DNA from: Acutalibacteraceae bacterium
GTDB taxonomy: Bacteria > Bacillota > Clostridia > Oscillospirales > Acutalibacteraceae
Direction: 5' to 3'
DNA length: 64,000 nt
Assembly (NCBI GenBank): GCA_045653445.1
Contig: JAZOLY010000005.1
Span: forward strand, 1,229 to 65,228
Shown: positions 1-9,648 of the stretch, piece by piece
How positions within the stretch are numbered: position 1 is the stretch's first letter
How the letters are laid out: each line of letters opens with the position of its first letter
Notes under the pieces: generated by a model
Seen by the model: only the letters and a program-made list of their open reading frames with translations
Told to the model about the DNA's origin: nothing
Databases searched by the model: none
Program-made: the position numbers and the translations under genes

Positions 1-1053
1 GGTTCTTGCACCAACAGTTCATTACTTGATATGTTGAAAGTTGCCTACATACTTGACGGAAAAACTGTTCATCCCGATGTTTCACTTTCAATTGCACCCG
101 GTTCTAAGCAAGTTCTTAATATGATTGCCGGTAACGGTGCACTGTCAAAGATGATTGATGCAGGCGCACGCATTCTTGAAAGCGCTTGCGGTCCTTGTAT
201 TGGCATGGGTCAATCACCCAACTCGAAGGGTATTTCACTTCGCACATTCAACCGCAACTTTGAGGGTCGTTCAGGAACAAAAGACGGCCAGATTTATCTT
301 GTTTCACCCGAAATGGCAGCGGCATCTGCAGTTGCAGGCTATCTTATTGACCCACGAAAATTGGGTGATATGCCTGAATTTAAGTTGCCTGAAAACTTTA
401 TAATTAACGACAATATGGTTGTTGAGCCATGTGATGAGAAGGATATGGATAACGTTGAAATTCTTCGCGGTCCAAACATCAAGCCCTTCCCCACCACAAC
501 TGCTCTTGACGATGTAATTGATTGCGACTGCTCACTTAAAGTTGGTGACAACATTACTACCGACCATATTATGCCTGCAGGTGCAAAGATTTTGCCCTTG
601 CGCTCAAACATTCCTGCAATTTCTAAATTCTGCTTTACCGTTTGTGACGAGCAATTCCCTGCTCGCGCCGAACAGCTTGGAAAGAGTATAATTGTTGGCG
701 GTGCTAACTACGGCCAAGGCTCATCACGTGAGCATGCCGCTCTTGCACCTCTGCATTTGGGTGTTAAAGCAGTACTTGTTAAATCCTTTGCAAGAATTCA
801 TCGCTCCAACCTTATCAATGCAGGTATTTTGCCACTCAATTTTGTAAACGAAGCTGATTACGATAAGATTTCACTTGGCGACAGTCTTGAAATCACCAAT
901 GTTCGTGAAAGCATTGAAACGGGCAAGAATCTTATTCTAACCAACAAAACCACAGGTGACAAAATTGAATGTGCTTGCGAACTTAGTGAGCGTGCAAAGA
1001 AAATCATCCTTGCAGGTGGCTTGCTGAGTTATACAAAAGAAAATCTTAAATAA
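1..1053 (+). CDS. aconitate hydratase, C-terminal part (5' end lies outside the window)
   Basis: Frame 1 is open from nt 1 (GSCTNSS...). Fe-S ligand region [10 protein letters not shown] and swivel-domain motif [17 protein letters not shown] are typical of the aconitase family. TAA stop, with icd following 10 nt later. Confidence 0.9.
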   Translation, partial: GSCTNSSLLDMLKVAYILDGKTVHPDVSLSIAPGSKQVLNMIAGNGALSKMIDAGARILESACGPCIGMGQSPNSKGISLRTFNRNFEGRSGTKDGQIYLVSPEMAAASAVAGYLIDPRKLGDMPEFKLPENFIINDNMVVEPCDEKDMDNVEILRGPNIKPFPTTTALDDVIDCDCSLKVGDNITTDHIMPAGAKILPLRSNIPAISKFCFTVCDEQFPARAEQLGKSIIVGGANYGQGSSREHAALAPLHLGVKAVLVKSFARIHRSNLINAGILPLNFVNEADYDKISLGDSLEITNVRESIETGKNLILTNKTTGDKIECACELSERAKKIILAGGLLSYTKENLK

Positions 1054-1063
1054 GGAGAATGTT

Positions 1064-2284
1064 ATGTCTGACAAAATTCAAATGAAAACGCCTCTTGTGG
1101 AAATGGATGGCGACGAAATGACCAGAGTTCTCTGGCAGTGGATTAAAGATATTTTGATTCATCCCTACATTGACCTTAAATCAGAATATTATGATTTGGG
1201 CCTTGTTCACCGTAACGAAACTGATGACCAAGTAACCTTTGACTCTGCAGAGGCAACTAAAAAGTATGGTGTTGCAGTAAAATGTGCTACAATCACTCCT
1301 AATGCCGCACGTATGCCTGAGTATAACCTTAAGCAGATGTGGAAGTCACCTAATGGCACCATTCGTGCTATACTTGACGGCACAGTATTCCGTGCACCTA
1401 TTCTTGTTAAAGGTATTACTCCTTATATTCCTACTTGGACAAAGCCTATCACTATCGCCCGTCATGCATACGGTGACGTTTATAAAAACACCGAAATGCA
1501 AGTTCCTGCAGGCAGTAAGTGTGAGTTGGTTTGCACCGATGCTAACGGCAATGAAACCCGTTCTCTTATTCACGAGTTTAAGGGCACTGACGGTATAATT
1601 CAAGGCTTGCACAACACTGATAAATCAATTGCAAGTTTTGCAAGAAGTTGCTTTAACTTTGCACTTGACACTAAACAAGATATTTGGTTTGCAAGTAAAG
1701 ACACAATTTCTAAAAAATACGACCACCGCTTTAAAGATATTTTTGCAGAAATTTTTGAAGCAGAATACAAAGAGCGTTTTGAAGAAGCAGGTATTGAATA
1801 CTTTTACACTCTTATTGATGATGCTGTTGCTCGCGTAATCCGTTCAGAAGGCGGATATATCTGGGCCTGCAAAAACTATGGCGGCGATGTTATGAGTGAT
1901 ATGGTTGCTACTGCATACGGCAGCCTTGCAATGATGACCTCTGTGCTTGTATCCCCCGACGGAGTTTATGAATATGAAGCTGCACACGGCACTGTTCAGC
2001 GTCATTATTACAAGCATCTTAAGGGCGAAATCACTTCTACAAACAGTGTTGCTACCATCTTTGCTTGGTCAGGTGCTTTCCGTAAGCGTGGCGAACTTGA
2101 TAATCTGCCCGAACTTATCGATTATGCAGACAAACTTGAACAAGCAACTATCCAGACAATTGAAGAAGGTGTTATGACCGGTGACCTCTACTTGCTTTCA
2201 AATCTTGAAAACAAGCAAAAGGTTGACAGTCAACAGTTCCTTGTTGAAATCAATAAGCGCCTTGCAAAATTGCTTAACAAATAA
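1064..2284 (+). CDS. icd: NADP-dependent isocitrate dehydrogenase (homodimeric, eukaryote-like ~406 aa type)
   Basis: RBS AAGGAGA 6 nt upstream of the ATG. Motifs [44 protein letters not shown] and HGTVQRHY are diagnostic of this IDH class. Confidence 0.93.
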   Translation: MSDKIQMKTPLVEMDGDEMTRVLWQWIKDILIHPYIDLKSEYYDLGLVHRNETDDQVTFDSAEATKKYGVAVKCATITPNAARMPEYNLKQMWKSPNGTIRAILDGTVFRAPILVKGITPYIPTWTKPITIARHAYGDVYKNTEMQVPAGSKCELVCTDANGNETRSLIHEFKGTDGIIQGLHNTDKSIASFARSCFNFALDTKQDIWFASKDTISKKYDHRFKDIFAEIFEAEYKERFEEAGIEYFYTLIDDAVARVIRSEGGYIWACKNYGGDVMSDMVATAYGSLAMMTSVLVSPDGVYEYEAAHGTVQRHYYKHLKGEITSTNSVATIFAWSGAFRKRGELDNLPELIDYADKLEQATIQTIEEGVMTGDLYLLSNLENKQKVDSQQFLVEINKRLAKLLNK

Positions 2285-2290
2285 TTTTAA

Positions 2291-2314
2291 GCCCCGATTA
2301 TTCGGGGTTTTTTT
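2291..2314 (+). terminator. rho-independent terminator of icd
   Basis: GCCCCGA-ttat-TCGGGG hairpin followed by a T7 run. Confidence 0.85.
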
Positions 2315-2320
2315 GTATGC

Positions 2321-2355
2321 AAAAAAACTCGCAGCTCAAATGAACTGCGAGTTTT
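2321..2355 (-). terminator. rho-independent terminator of pnp (bidirectional shape)
   Basis: ACTCGCAG / CTGCGAGT stem flanked by an A-run and a T-run, immediately 3' of the pnp stop on the minus strand. Confidence 0.8.
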
Positions 2356-2363
2356 AATTTTAA

Positions 2364-4550
2364 TTAATCTTTTTTATTGTTGCGGCGGCGGTTATTAAAT
2401 CTGCCACCCTCTTTACGGCGAGGAGCCTCTTCACCGTCATCTTCAACAGTAAGGCCCTCAATCTCTACAAGTGCATCTCGGCGGGAAAGATTAAGTCTGC
2501 CCTGGTCATCGATTTCGGTAACCTTAACGATTACTTCATCACCAACCTGAACAACGTCTTCAACCTTTTCTACACGCTTAACATCAAGTTTACTGATGTG
2601 AACAAGACCTTCCTTACCGGGAGCAATCTCAACAAATGCGCCGAAGCTCATAAGACGGGTAACACGGCCCTTAAAGATTGCGCCAACTTCGGGGTCATTG
2701 GCAATAGTCTCTACAATCATAAGTGCACGCTTTGCATCATCAATGTCAACGGCGCAAATGTGAACGCGACCGTCTTCTTCAACATCAATTTTGCAGTTGC
2801 AATCAGCACAAATCTTCTGGATAACCTTACCGCCCTGACCAATAACATCGCGAATCTTTTCAACATCAATCTTGGTAGAAACCATCTTAGGCGCATACTT
2901 AGAAAGCTCTTCACGGGGTTTTTCAATAGCCTTAAGCATAATCTCATCAAGGATGTAAAGACGGGCTTTATGAGTCTTAGTAATTGCTTCACGAATAATT
3001 GCAGGAGTAAGACCGTCAATCTTAAGGTCCATCTGAATAGCAGTAATACCATTGTGAGTACCTGCTACCTTAAAGTCCATATCACCAAAGAAGTCTTCAA
3101 CACCCTGAATATCAACCATGGTCATAAAATCATCACCATTGGTGATAAGACCACAAGAAATACCGGCAACAGGAGCCTTAATGGGAACACCTGCATCCAT
3201 AAGTGCAAGGGTTGAACCGCAAACAGAGCCCTGTGAGGTTCAACCGTTAGAAGAAAGAACTTCTGAAACAAGACGGATTGAATATGGGAATTCTTCCTCA
3301 GAAGGAATTACAGGCAACAATGCTCTTTCAGCCAATGCACCGTGACCAATCTCTCGGCGACCGGGGCCACGGCTGGGACGGGTTTCACCAACTGAATAAG
3401 AAGGCATATTGTAGTGATGCATATAACGTTTAACTTCTTCGTCGTCAATGCCGTCAAGAATCTGACCGTCACGAAGCTGACCGAGGGTTGCAACAGTAAG
3501 AACCTGAGTCTGACCTCTGGTAAAGAGACCTGAACCGTGAGCTCTGGGAAGCAAACCAACCTCAGAAGCAAGAGGACGGATTTCATCAATGCCACGACCA
3601 TCCACACGCTTCTTGTCATTGATAAGCCAGCTGCGAACAACAAACTTTTGAAGCTTGTACATGCATTCGTCAACCTGACCGATGAAATCAGCATAGTTTT
3701 CTTCAACAAAAGCGGTAACCTTTTCATAGATAGGCTTAAGTCTTTCGTCGCGGATACGCTTGTCGTCAGTATCCATAGCAACACGAACTTCCTCTACAAC
3801 AAGGTCTTTAACAGCTTCAAACATATCGTGGTCAACATCGCACTCAACAAACTCAAACTTGGGTTTGCCAACCTCTGCAACGATATCGTTGATAAACTGA
3901 ACCATCTGCTGATTGAACTCGTGAGCCTTAAGGATAGCATCAATCATTACATCATCAGGAATCTCGTTTGCGCCTGCTTCAATCATAGCAACCTTCTTAT
4001 CGGTTGATACAACAGTTACATGCATCTGAGACTTCTGAGCTTGCTCTGCGGTGGGGTTAAACACAACCTCACCATCAACATAACCTGCAACAACACCTGC
4101 AACAGGACCATTCCAAGGAATGTTAGAGATTGCAATTGCACAAGAAGTACCGAGCATAGCGGCAATTTCAGGTGAGCAATCGGGATCGGTAGACATAACG
4201 GTACATACAACCGATACGTCGTTACGCATTGACTTGGGGAAAAGAGGACGAATAGGACGGTCAATCATTCTTGATGCAAGAATTGCCTTTTCGGTAGGAC
4301 GTCCTTCACGTCTCATAAAAGAGCCGGGAATACGGCCGACTGAGTAAAGTTTCTCTTCAAAATCAACTGAGAGAGGGAAAAAGTCGATACCGTCGCGTGG
4401 CTTTGCGGCAGCAGTTACAGCACAGAACACAGCAGTTTCGCCGTATCTTACCATAACAGAGCCATTTGCAAGCTGACCAAGCTTGCCAGTTTCAATTACG
4501 AGCGGTCTGCCCGCCCATTCGGTCTTAAAGGTTCTGAAATCTTCAAACAT
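2364..4550 (-). pseudogene. pnp: polynucleotide phosphorylase (PNPase) interrupted by one in-frame TGA at 3240-3242
   Basis: ORFs 3240..4550 and 2364..3200 are in the same frame. Together they give about 714 aa with RNase PH x2, KH and S1 architecture plus an R/K-rich tail. Reading through gives ...[37 protein letters not shown], which aligns to the conserved ESNGSSSxASxCG motif. Confidence 0.85.
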
Positions 4551-4671
4551 TTTGTACCTCCAAAATTATTTATTCCGAGGTCGTGCGTGATTAGCAATAA
4601 ATTCACTGTCCGACTCTGTCAGGCAGTCAATTCACTGCTAAATCAGTCGCACACACCAAGGTTTTAAACTA

Positions 4672-4712
4672 ACAAAAGACAAAAGACAGACCGATTAAGA
4701 AATCGGTCTGCC
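4672..4712 (-). terminator. rpsO terminator / rpsO-pnp intercistronic hairpin
   Basis: Perfect CAGACCGATT / AATCGGTCTG stem followed on the minus strand by TCTTTTGTCTTTTGTT. Confidence 0.85.
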
Positions 4713-4720
4713 CAACAGAC

Positions 4721-4984
4721 TTACTTACGGATTCCGAGCTTTGCGATAACAGCACGGTAGCGCTCAACATCCTTCTTCTGAAGGTAAGAGAGCAAATTAC
4801 GTCTGTGACCAACCATCTTGAGCAAGCCGCGGCGAGAATGATGGTCATTCTTGTTTGCACGAAGGTGCTCGTTAAGATCATTGATACGTTTGGTTAATAC
4901 AGCAATCTGAACCTCAGGAGAACCGGTGTCGCCTTCATGGGTTGCATATTCCTGCATTATAGCGGTTTTTTCTTCTTTAAGCAT
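4721..4984 (-). CDS. rpsO: 30S ribosomal protein S15
   Basis: 87 aa. [22 protein letters not shown]...[21 protein letters not shown] is the classic S15 sequence. RBS AAAGAGGTG. Confidence 0.97.
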   Translation of the reverse strand: MLKEEKTAIMQEYATHEGDTGSPEVQIAVLTKRINDLNEHLRANKNDHHSRRGLLKMVGHRRNLLSYLQKKDVERYRAVIAKLGIRK

Positions 4985-5078
4985 GTTTTACACCTCTTTT
5001 AGTTATTTTCGTCAAGCCCGAGTTGCAGGTAACGGTGCTCCGTAGTGGCATACGCCAGCAACTCAGAAACTGCGAACA
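4985..5078 (-). promoter_or_regulatory. structured rpsO 5' leader (three-way junction; probable S15 autoregulatory element)
   Basis: On the minus strand a 7-bp outer helix GAGTTGC/GCAACTC (5020-5026 / 5058-5064) encloses two small hairpins, TGGC-gtat-GCCA and ACGG-agca-CCGT. It lies between the promoter and the RBS. Confidence 0.5.
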
Positions 5079-5083
5079 GATGA

Positions 5084-5112
5084 ATTATAACACGAACTTT
5101 CACGTTTGTAAA
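5084..5112 (-). promoter_or_regulatory. sigma-A type promoter of rpsO
   Basis: Minus strand reads TTTACA, 17 nt spacer, TATAAT. Confidence 0.7.
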
Positions 5113-5164
5113 GAGTTTTTTTAGTTTATTTTAATAAAGATGATAAAAAATAAGTCTTAAACGC

Positions 5165-5193
5165 TTGACACATCCCCTATTTTTAAGTATTAT
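5165..5193 (+). promoter_or_regulatory. sigma-A type promoter of glyQS
   Basis: TTGACA, 17 nt spacer, TATTAT, about 35 nt upstream of the glyQS ATG. The annotated ORF extension (5165-5227) is therefore non-coding. Confidence 0.7.
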
Positions 5194-5227
5194 AATCTTT
5201 AAGTGTATTTATACAGAGGTGTACATA

Positions 5228-6601
5228 ATGAAAAATACTGAAAAAACAATGGAAACAGTTGTTACTCTTGCAAAAAGCCGCGGTTTTGTCTATGCAGGCA
5301 GTGAAATTTACGGCGGTCTTTCAAACACTTGGGACTATGGTCCTCTTGGTGTAGAGCTTAAAAACAACGTAAAAAAAGCATGGTGGAAAAAATTTGTTCA
5401 AGAAAGCAGATACAACGTCGGTCTTGACAGCGCCATCCTTATGAATCCACAGGCCTGGGTTGCATCAGGTCACGTTGGCGGTTTCTCAGATCCCCTTATG
5501 GATTGCAAGGCTTGCAAGACACGTCATCGTGCCGATCAACTTATTGAGGCAACAGGTGCAAACTGCGCAGGTTGGAGTTTTGAGGAAATGAGCGCATATA
5601 TTAAAGACAATAATATCGCTTGTCCTGACTGCGGTGCTTGTGATTTTACCGACATCAGAAAATTCAACCTTATGTTTAAAACCTTCCAAGGTGTTACAGA
5701 AGATGCAAAGAACGAACTCTATTTAAGACCTGAAACTGCACAGGGTATCTTCGTTAACTTTGCAAATATTCAACGTACCACCCGTAAAAAGATTCCTTTC
5801 GGTGTTGGCCAGGTTGGTAAGTCATTCCGCAACGAAATCACTCCCGGCAACTTCACCTTCCGTACCCGCGAGTTTGAACAGATGGAACTTGAATTCTTCT
5901 GCAAGCCCGGTACCGACCTTGATTGGTTTAAATATTGGAAAGATTATTGCCACAACTGGCTTTTGTCACTTGGTATTAAGGATGAAAATCTTAAACTTCG
6001 TGACCACGAGCAAGAAGAACTTTCACACTATTCCAAGGCAACTACAGATATTGAGTTTATGTTCCCATTTGGTTGGGGTGAACTTTGGGGTATTGCAGAC
6101 CGCACTGATTTTGACCTTACTCAGCACATCAACCATTCAGGCAAAGCCCTTGACTACTTTGATCAAGAAGCAAATGAGCGCTATGTTCCCTATGTTGTTG
6201 AACCTTCCCTTGGTGCAGATCGTGTAACTCTTGCATTCCTTTGTGAAGCATATGACGAAGAAGAATGTGAAAACGGAGAAATGCGTGTTGTAATGCGCTT
6301 ACATCCCGCACTTGCTCCTTTCAAGGCTGCTATCCTTCCCCTTTCAAAGAAATTGTCTGAGCAAGCATTAGAGCTTCGCGACAAACTTTCTGCTTCATTC
6401 AGTGTTGACTATGACGATGCCGGTTCAATCGGTAAGCGTTACAGAAGACAGGATGAAATCGGCACTCCTATGTGCATCACCTATGACTTTGAATCAGAAA
6501 ACGATGGTTGCGTAACTGTTCGCGACCGCGACACAATGGAACAGGTTAGAATTCCTATTGATTCACTTGAAGCATACATCGCTGAAAAGGTTAAGTTCTA
6601 A
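5228..6601 (+). CDS. glyQS: glycine--tRNA ligase (homodimeric class II GlyRS)
   Basis: RBS AGAGGTG then the ATG at 5228. [53 protein letters not shown] and [10 protein letters not shown] are GlyQS hallmarks. Confidence 0.95.
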   Translation: MKNTEKTMETVVTLAKSRGFVYAGSEIYGGLSNTWDYGPLGVELKNNVKKAWWKKFVQESRYNVGLDSAILMNPQAWVASGHVGGFSDPLMDCKACKTRHRADQLIEATGANCAGWSFEEMSAYIKDNNIACPDCGACDFTDIRKFNLMFKTFQGVTEDAKNELYLRPETAQGIFVNFANIQRTTRKKIPFGVGQVGKSFRNEITPGNFTFRTREFEQMELEFFCKPGTDLDWFKYWKDYCHNWLLSLGIKDENLKLRDHEQEELSHYSKATTDIEFMFPFGWGELWGIADRTDFDLTQHINHSGKALDYFDQEANERYVPYVVEPSLGADRVTLAFLCEAYDEEECENGEMRVVMRLHPALAPFKAAILPLSKKLSEQALELRDKLSASFSVDYDDAGSIGKRYRRQDEIGTPMCITYDFESENDGCVTVRDRDTMEQVRIPIDSLEAYIAEKVKF

Positions 6602-6612
6602 TAAAAGTTTAA

Positions 6613-6645
6613 ACGCCTATGCACAAGTGTGCATAGGCGTTTTTT
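6613..6645 (+). terminator. glyQS terminator
   Basis: CGCCTATGCAC / GTGCATAGGCG stem plus a T-run. Confidence 0.9.
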
Positions 6646-6654
6646 AGTATAATT

Positions 6655-6690
6655 AAAAACAGAGAGGATTAGTAATCCCCTCTGTTTTTT
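6655..6690. terminator. bidirectional terminator (3' end of the minus-strand sugar operon)
   Basis: CAGAGAGGA / TCCCCTCTG hairpin flanked by an A5 run and a T6 run. Confidence 0.7.
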
Positions 6691-6698
6691 AGTTAATT

Positions 6699-7880
6699 TT
6701 ATCTAACCTTCCAACGATCGTTATATGTACCTGAAAGGTCACTTACGATACTTTCAACGTGGTCCTTTTTTTTCGATGTAGCACGACGCTCGTTAAGCAA
6801 AGACAAGAACTTTTCTTCATCAACAGGAAGACTTACCCACTCGTTAGTCCAGTCAGACAAATGAGCAGCATTTGCAATATTTACACCATTAATGCCGTCA
6901 TAACCGGGAGCAAGAAGTTCCTCGCCCTTAAGAATAGCATTGGTGAAGTTCTGCAAAATACCGATATGGGCAGTTTCGGTCTTATCGGTCTCTATGTCCT
7001 CTACAACAAGGTTGGGGTCGCTATAGAAGCTGTTATCAGACTCAAAGCAAACCTTTCTCTCAGGCTCAGAAAGTTTCCACCATGTCAGCTTGCCGTTTTC
7101 ACAAACCATCTTGCCCTTGTCACCGGTAATCTCAAAACGGTTGGTACCGGGGCAATCACCGGTAGAGGTGATAAATACGCCTGATGCACCGTTTTCATAC
7201 TCAGCACAAATTGTTACGTCGTCCTCAACCTCGATGTTATGCCACTTACCGTAGTTACAAGTAGCACGAACCTTTGAAGGCATACCGAAAATCCACTGCC
7301 AAAGGTCAAGGTTGTGGGGACACTGGTTAAGAAGAACGCCGCCGCCTTCGCCTTCCCAGGTTGCACGCCAGCTTCCTGAATCATAATATCTCTGTGTGCG
7401 GTACCAATTGGTGATAATCCACACGCTGCGCTTAAGCTCACCAAGTTCACCTGATTGAACTACTTCACGCATTTTCGCAAAATAAGGATTGGTACGCTGA
7501 TTGAACATAATACCAAAAATCTTACCGCTCTTCTTAGCTGCTTCGTTCATCTCTCTAACCTGTTTTGCATAAACACCTGCAGGTTTCTCGGTAAGAACGT
7601 TAACACCAGCTTCAAAACCGGCAATAGCAATTTCGGGATGAATATAATGAGGAACTGCAACAAGAATTGCATCAACAAGACCGCTTGCCAAAAGTTCTTT
7701 GTAATCGGTAAATGATGCAACATCTTCTGAAAGATTCTCTTTGCACCAATCAAGACGAGACTGGTCAATATCGCAAACAGCGGTAAGACGCATGCCTTCA
7801 ACCTTTCCCTCATTTAAGGACTTGGCGTGTGCGGTACCCATATTACCGATACCGATAATACCCATTCTTACTTCATTCAT
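6699..7880 (-). CDS. Gfo/Idh/MocA family NAD(P)-dependent oxidoreductase
   Basis: N-terminal Rossmann motif MGIIGIGNMG and an EKP motif (LTEKPAG). The start overlaps the upstream stop (ATGA). RBS GGAGGA. Confidence 0.85.
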   Translation of the reverse strand: MNEVRMGIIGIGNMGTAHAKSLNEGKVEGMRLTAVCDIDQSRLDWCKENLSEDVASFTDYKELLASGLVDAILVAVPHYIHPEIAIAGFEAGVNVLTEKPAGVYAKQVREMNEAAKKSGKIFGIMFNQRTNPYFAKMREVVQSGELGELKRSVWIITNWYRTQRYYDSGSWRATWEGEGGGVLLNQCPHNLDLWQWIFGMPSKVRATCNYGKWHNIEVEDDVTICAEYENGASGVFITSTGDCPGTNRFEITGDKGKMVCENGKLTWWKLSEPERKVCFESDNSFYSDPNLVVEDIETDKTETAHIGILQNFTNAILKGEELLAPGYDGINGVNIANAAHLSDWTNEWVSLPVDEEKFLSLLNERRATSKKKDHVESIVSDLSGTYNDRWKVR

Positions 7881-8731
7881 ATTGTGTATCCTCCGTCAAA
7901 GATTATTTTTTTAAGCGCAGATGCAGCCGCATCAAAGGCTTCATCAGGGCTATTAAAAACATATTTGTGCTTAAGCTCTTCGTCTTGCAAATTAGACAGA
8001 CCGTTAAATATAAACAAGTGAGGCTCAAGAGTCAAAATGATGTTTTCTCCGTTTTTGGAAAGTGCATCAATCATTTTTGCAATGTCACCGTCACCGCAGC
8101 CTGAAGGAACGACGCTGCCATCTGAAAATACAGCATCCTTTATATGACCGTACTCTGTGCGCTGTGCCATTTGTTCAACAAACTCACCGGGCTTTTGCTC
8201 ACACTGGATGTAGTTTGCAGGGTCAAAAACTGAATACAACCCATCTACATTATCAAGCAAATCAATTACACGCTCGTGTACATCGCCGTAGATGCCTTTT
8301 TCGTTTTCGTGACAACATTTAACACCTTTAGTAGTAGCGTATTCGCACATAACACGCATACGACGAATAACTTCGTCTCTTGCCTCTGCATACTTGCCGT
8401 CCTTAACAAAAAAGCTGAAAAGACGAATTTTATCGGTACCTAAAATCAAGGCAATTTCAACAGAATGCTTAAACTTTTCAAAATGAGGCTCAAAATCATC
8501 ATTTATATCAATTTTACCAATGGGTGAGCCCAACGCAGACACCTTAACGCCTGCCTCGTCAAGCTGTGCTTTAAATGCATGAGCCTGTTCAATAGTTAAA
8601 TCTGAAATGTTTACGCCATCAACGTTGCGTGGCTCAATATGAGTTAATCCATTACGCTTGATAGCTTCAATTTGTTTTGTAACCTCTTCAGAAACTTCAT
8701 CTGCAAAACAAGATAGAACAAAATTAGGCAT
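7877..8731 (-). CDS. sugar phosphate isomerase/epimerase (xylose-isomerase-like TIM barrel)
   Basis: AP-endonuclease-2/TIM-barrel-like sequence (HIEPRNVDG..., CHENEKGIYG, LEPHL). Start chosen at M16 behind RBS AAGGAGG. Confidence 0.75.
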   Translation of the reverse strand: MPNFVLSCFADEVSEEVTKQIEAIKRNGLTHIEPRNVDGVNISDLTIEQAHAFKAQLDEAGVKVSALGSPIGKIDINDDFEPHFEKFKHSVEIALILGTDKIRLFSFFVKDGKYAEARDEVIRRMRVMCEYATTKGVKCCHENEKGIYGDVHERVIDLLDNVDGLYSVFDPANYIQCEQKPGEFVEQMAQRTEYGHIKDAVFSDGSVVPSGCGDGDIAKMIDALSKNGENIILTLEPHLFIFNGLSNLQDEELKHKYVFNSPDEAFDAAASALKKIIFDGGYTI

Positions 8732-8741
8732 ACGAACCTCC

Positions 8742-9527
8742 TTAAAACTCGCAATTTTTACTCTTAAGGTACTCATAACTTATCTTTAATTGCTCAAATG
8801 GGTCCTTGCCGTAGCAATCATCTTGCTCAATCTCAGCAAATTGAATGCCCGTCTTTTCACAAGCTTCAAAAACCTCATCCCAAGCAATAGAACCAGAGCC
8901 AACCGGAGCAAAACGTTGAGTGAACTCACCCTCAACCTCCGGAGTATAAGTATAGCTCAAGTCCTTAAGATGACAGATATCAATTCGTCCTGCAAGCTTA
9001 TACATCATTTGAGCAGGACAACATCCGCCGATTTGAGACCAATAGGTATCAAAAATAAAGCCCCATTTTGCAGGGTCTGTTAACTCTGCCATAATTTCCA
9101 ACATTGTTTGTGAGCCAAACTTTTGGAATTCACCGCCGTGATTATGATAATGAAACTTCATACCTGCATCTGCAATTTTATCAACCGCATAAGAGTAATC
9201 TTTTATAAAGGCATTCATACCTTCAAGGCTCCATCTATACTCATAAGGCATCATACCGATGCCAATATGATTACAACCCATTATCTTATGTTCTTTAATC
9301 AAATTATCTGTATCTTCAATAATACGAGTTGGGTTTGAATGAGTAACTACAATCTGAAGACCAACCTCATCACAGACCTCTTTAATAAACTCAGCCGGAA
9401 CGGGTGCAATTCCTGAGTGCTGATATGAATTGAATCCAATTTCCTTGAGTTTTTTGAAAGATTCTCTGATCGACTGTTCGTCTTTACAGAAATCCCTGAT
9501 TGTAAATGCCTGAGCGCCAATTCTCAT
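8742..9527 (-). CDS. sugar phosphate isomerase/epimerase (xylose-isomerase-like TIM barrel)
   Basis: Begins MRIGAQAFTIRDF, with an HYHNHGGEF metal-site-like motif. Start chosen at M17 behind RBS AAGGGGGA. Confidence 0.75.
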   Translation of the reverse strand: MRIGAQAFTIRDFCKDEQSIRESFKKLKEIGFNSYQHSGIAPVPAEFIKEVCDEVGLQIVVTHSNPTRIIEDTDNLIKEHKIMGCNHIGIGMMPYEYRWSLEGMNAFIKDYSYAVDKIADAGMKFHYHNHGGEFQKFGSQTMLEIMAELTDPAKWGFIFDTYWSQIGGCCPAQMMYKLAGRIDICHLKDLSYTYTPEVEGEFTQRFAPVGSGSIAWDEVFEACEKTGIQFAEIEQDDCYGKDPFEQLKISYEYLKSKNCEF

Positions 9528-9648
9528 AAATAAATCCCCCTTTTTTAATAAAATAATACCAAAAATAATAAGCAAATAAAATTACAAAATTTGCTCAAAA
9601 CATTGCAAAAATTGACTTTATGTTGTATAATTGATAATGGTGATAAAA

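Noticed and set aside
2598-3215. 205-aa ORF on the plus strand inside pnp.
   Set aside because: It is entirely antisense to a well-supported PNPase coding region. It has a low-complexity N/L/K-rich composition, no RBS and no recognisable motif. This is the typical shadow ORF of an AT-rich genome.
3240-3242. The in-frame TGA in pnp as selenocysteine or as evidence of a reassigned genetic code (TGA = Trp/Gly).
   Set aside because: The codon aligns with a conserved Ser, not Cys/Sec, and I see no SECIS-like hairpin immediately downstream. TGA is used as a true stop in several well-supported genes here (7877, 16737, 17657, 44215, 50163). No other gene in the window is split by TGA.
5165-5227. N-terminal extension of the glyQS ORF ([21 protein letters not shown]...).
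   Set aside because: The stretch contains a consensus -35/-10 promoter. The conserved GlyRS N-terminus starts at the ATG at 5228, behind a good RBS.
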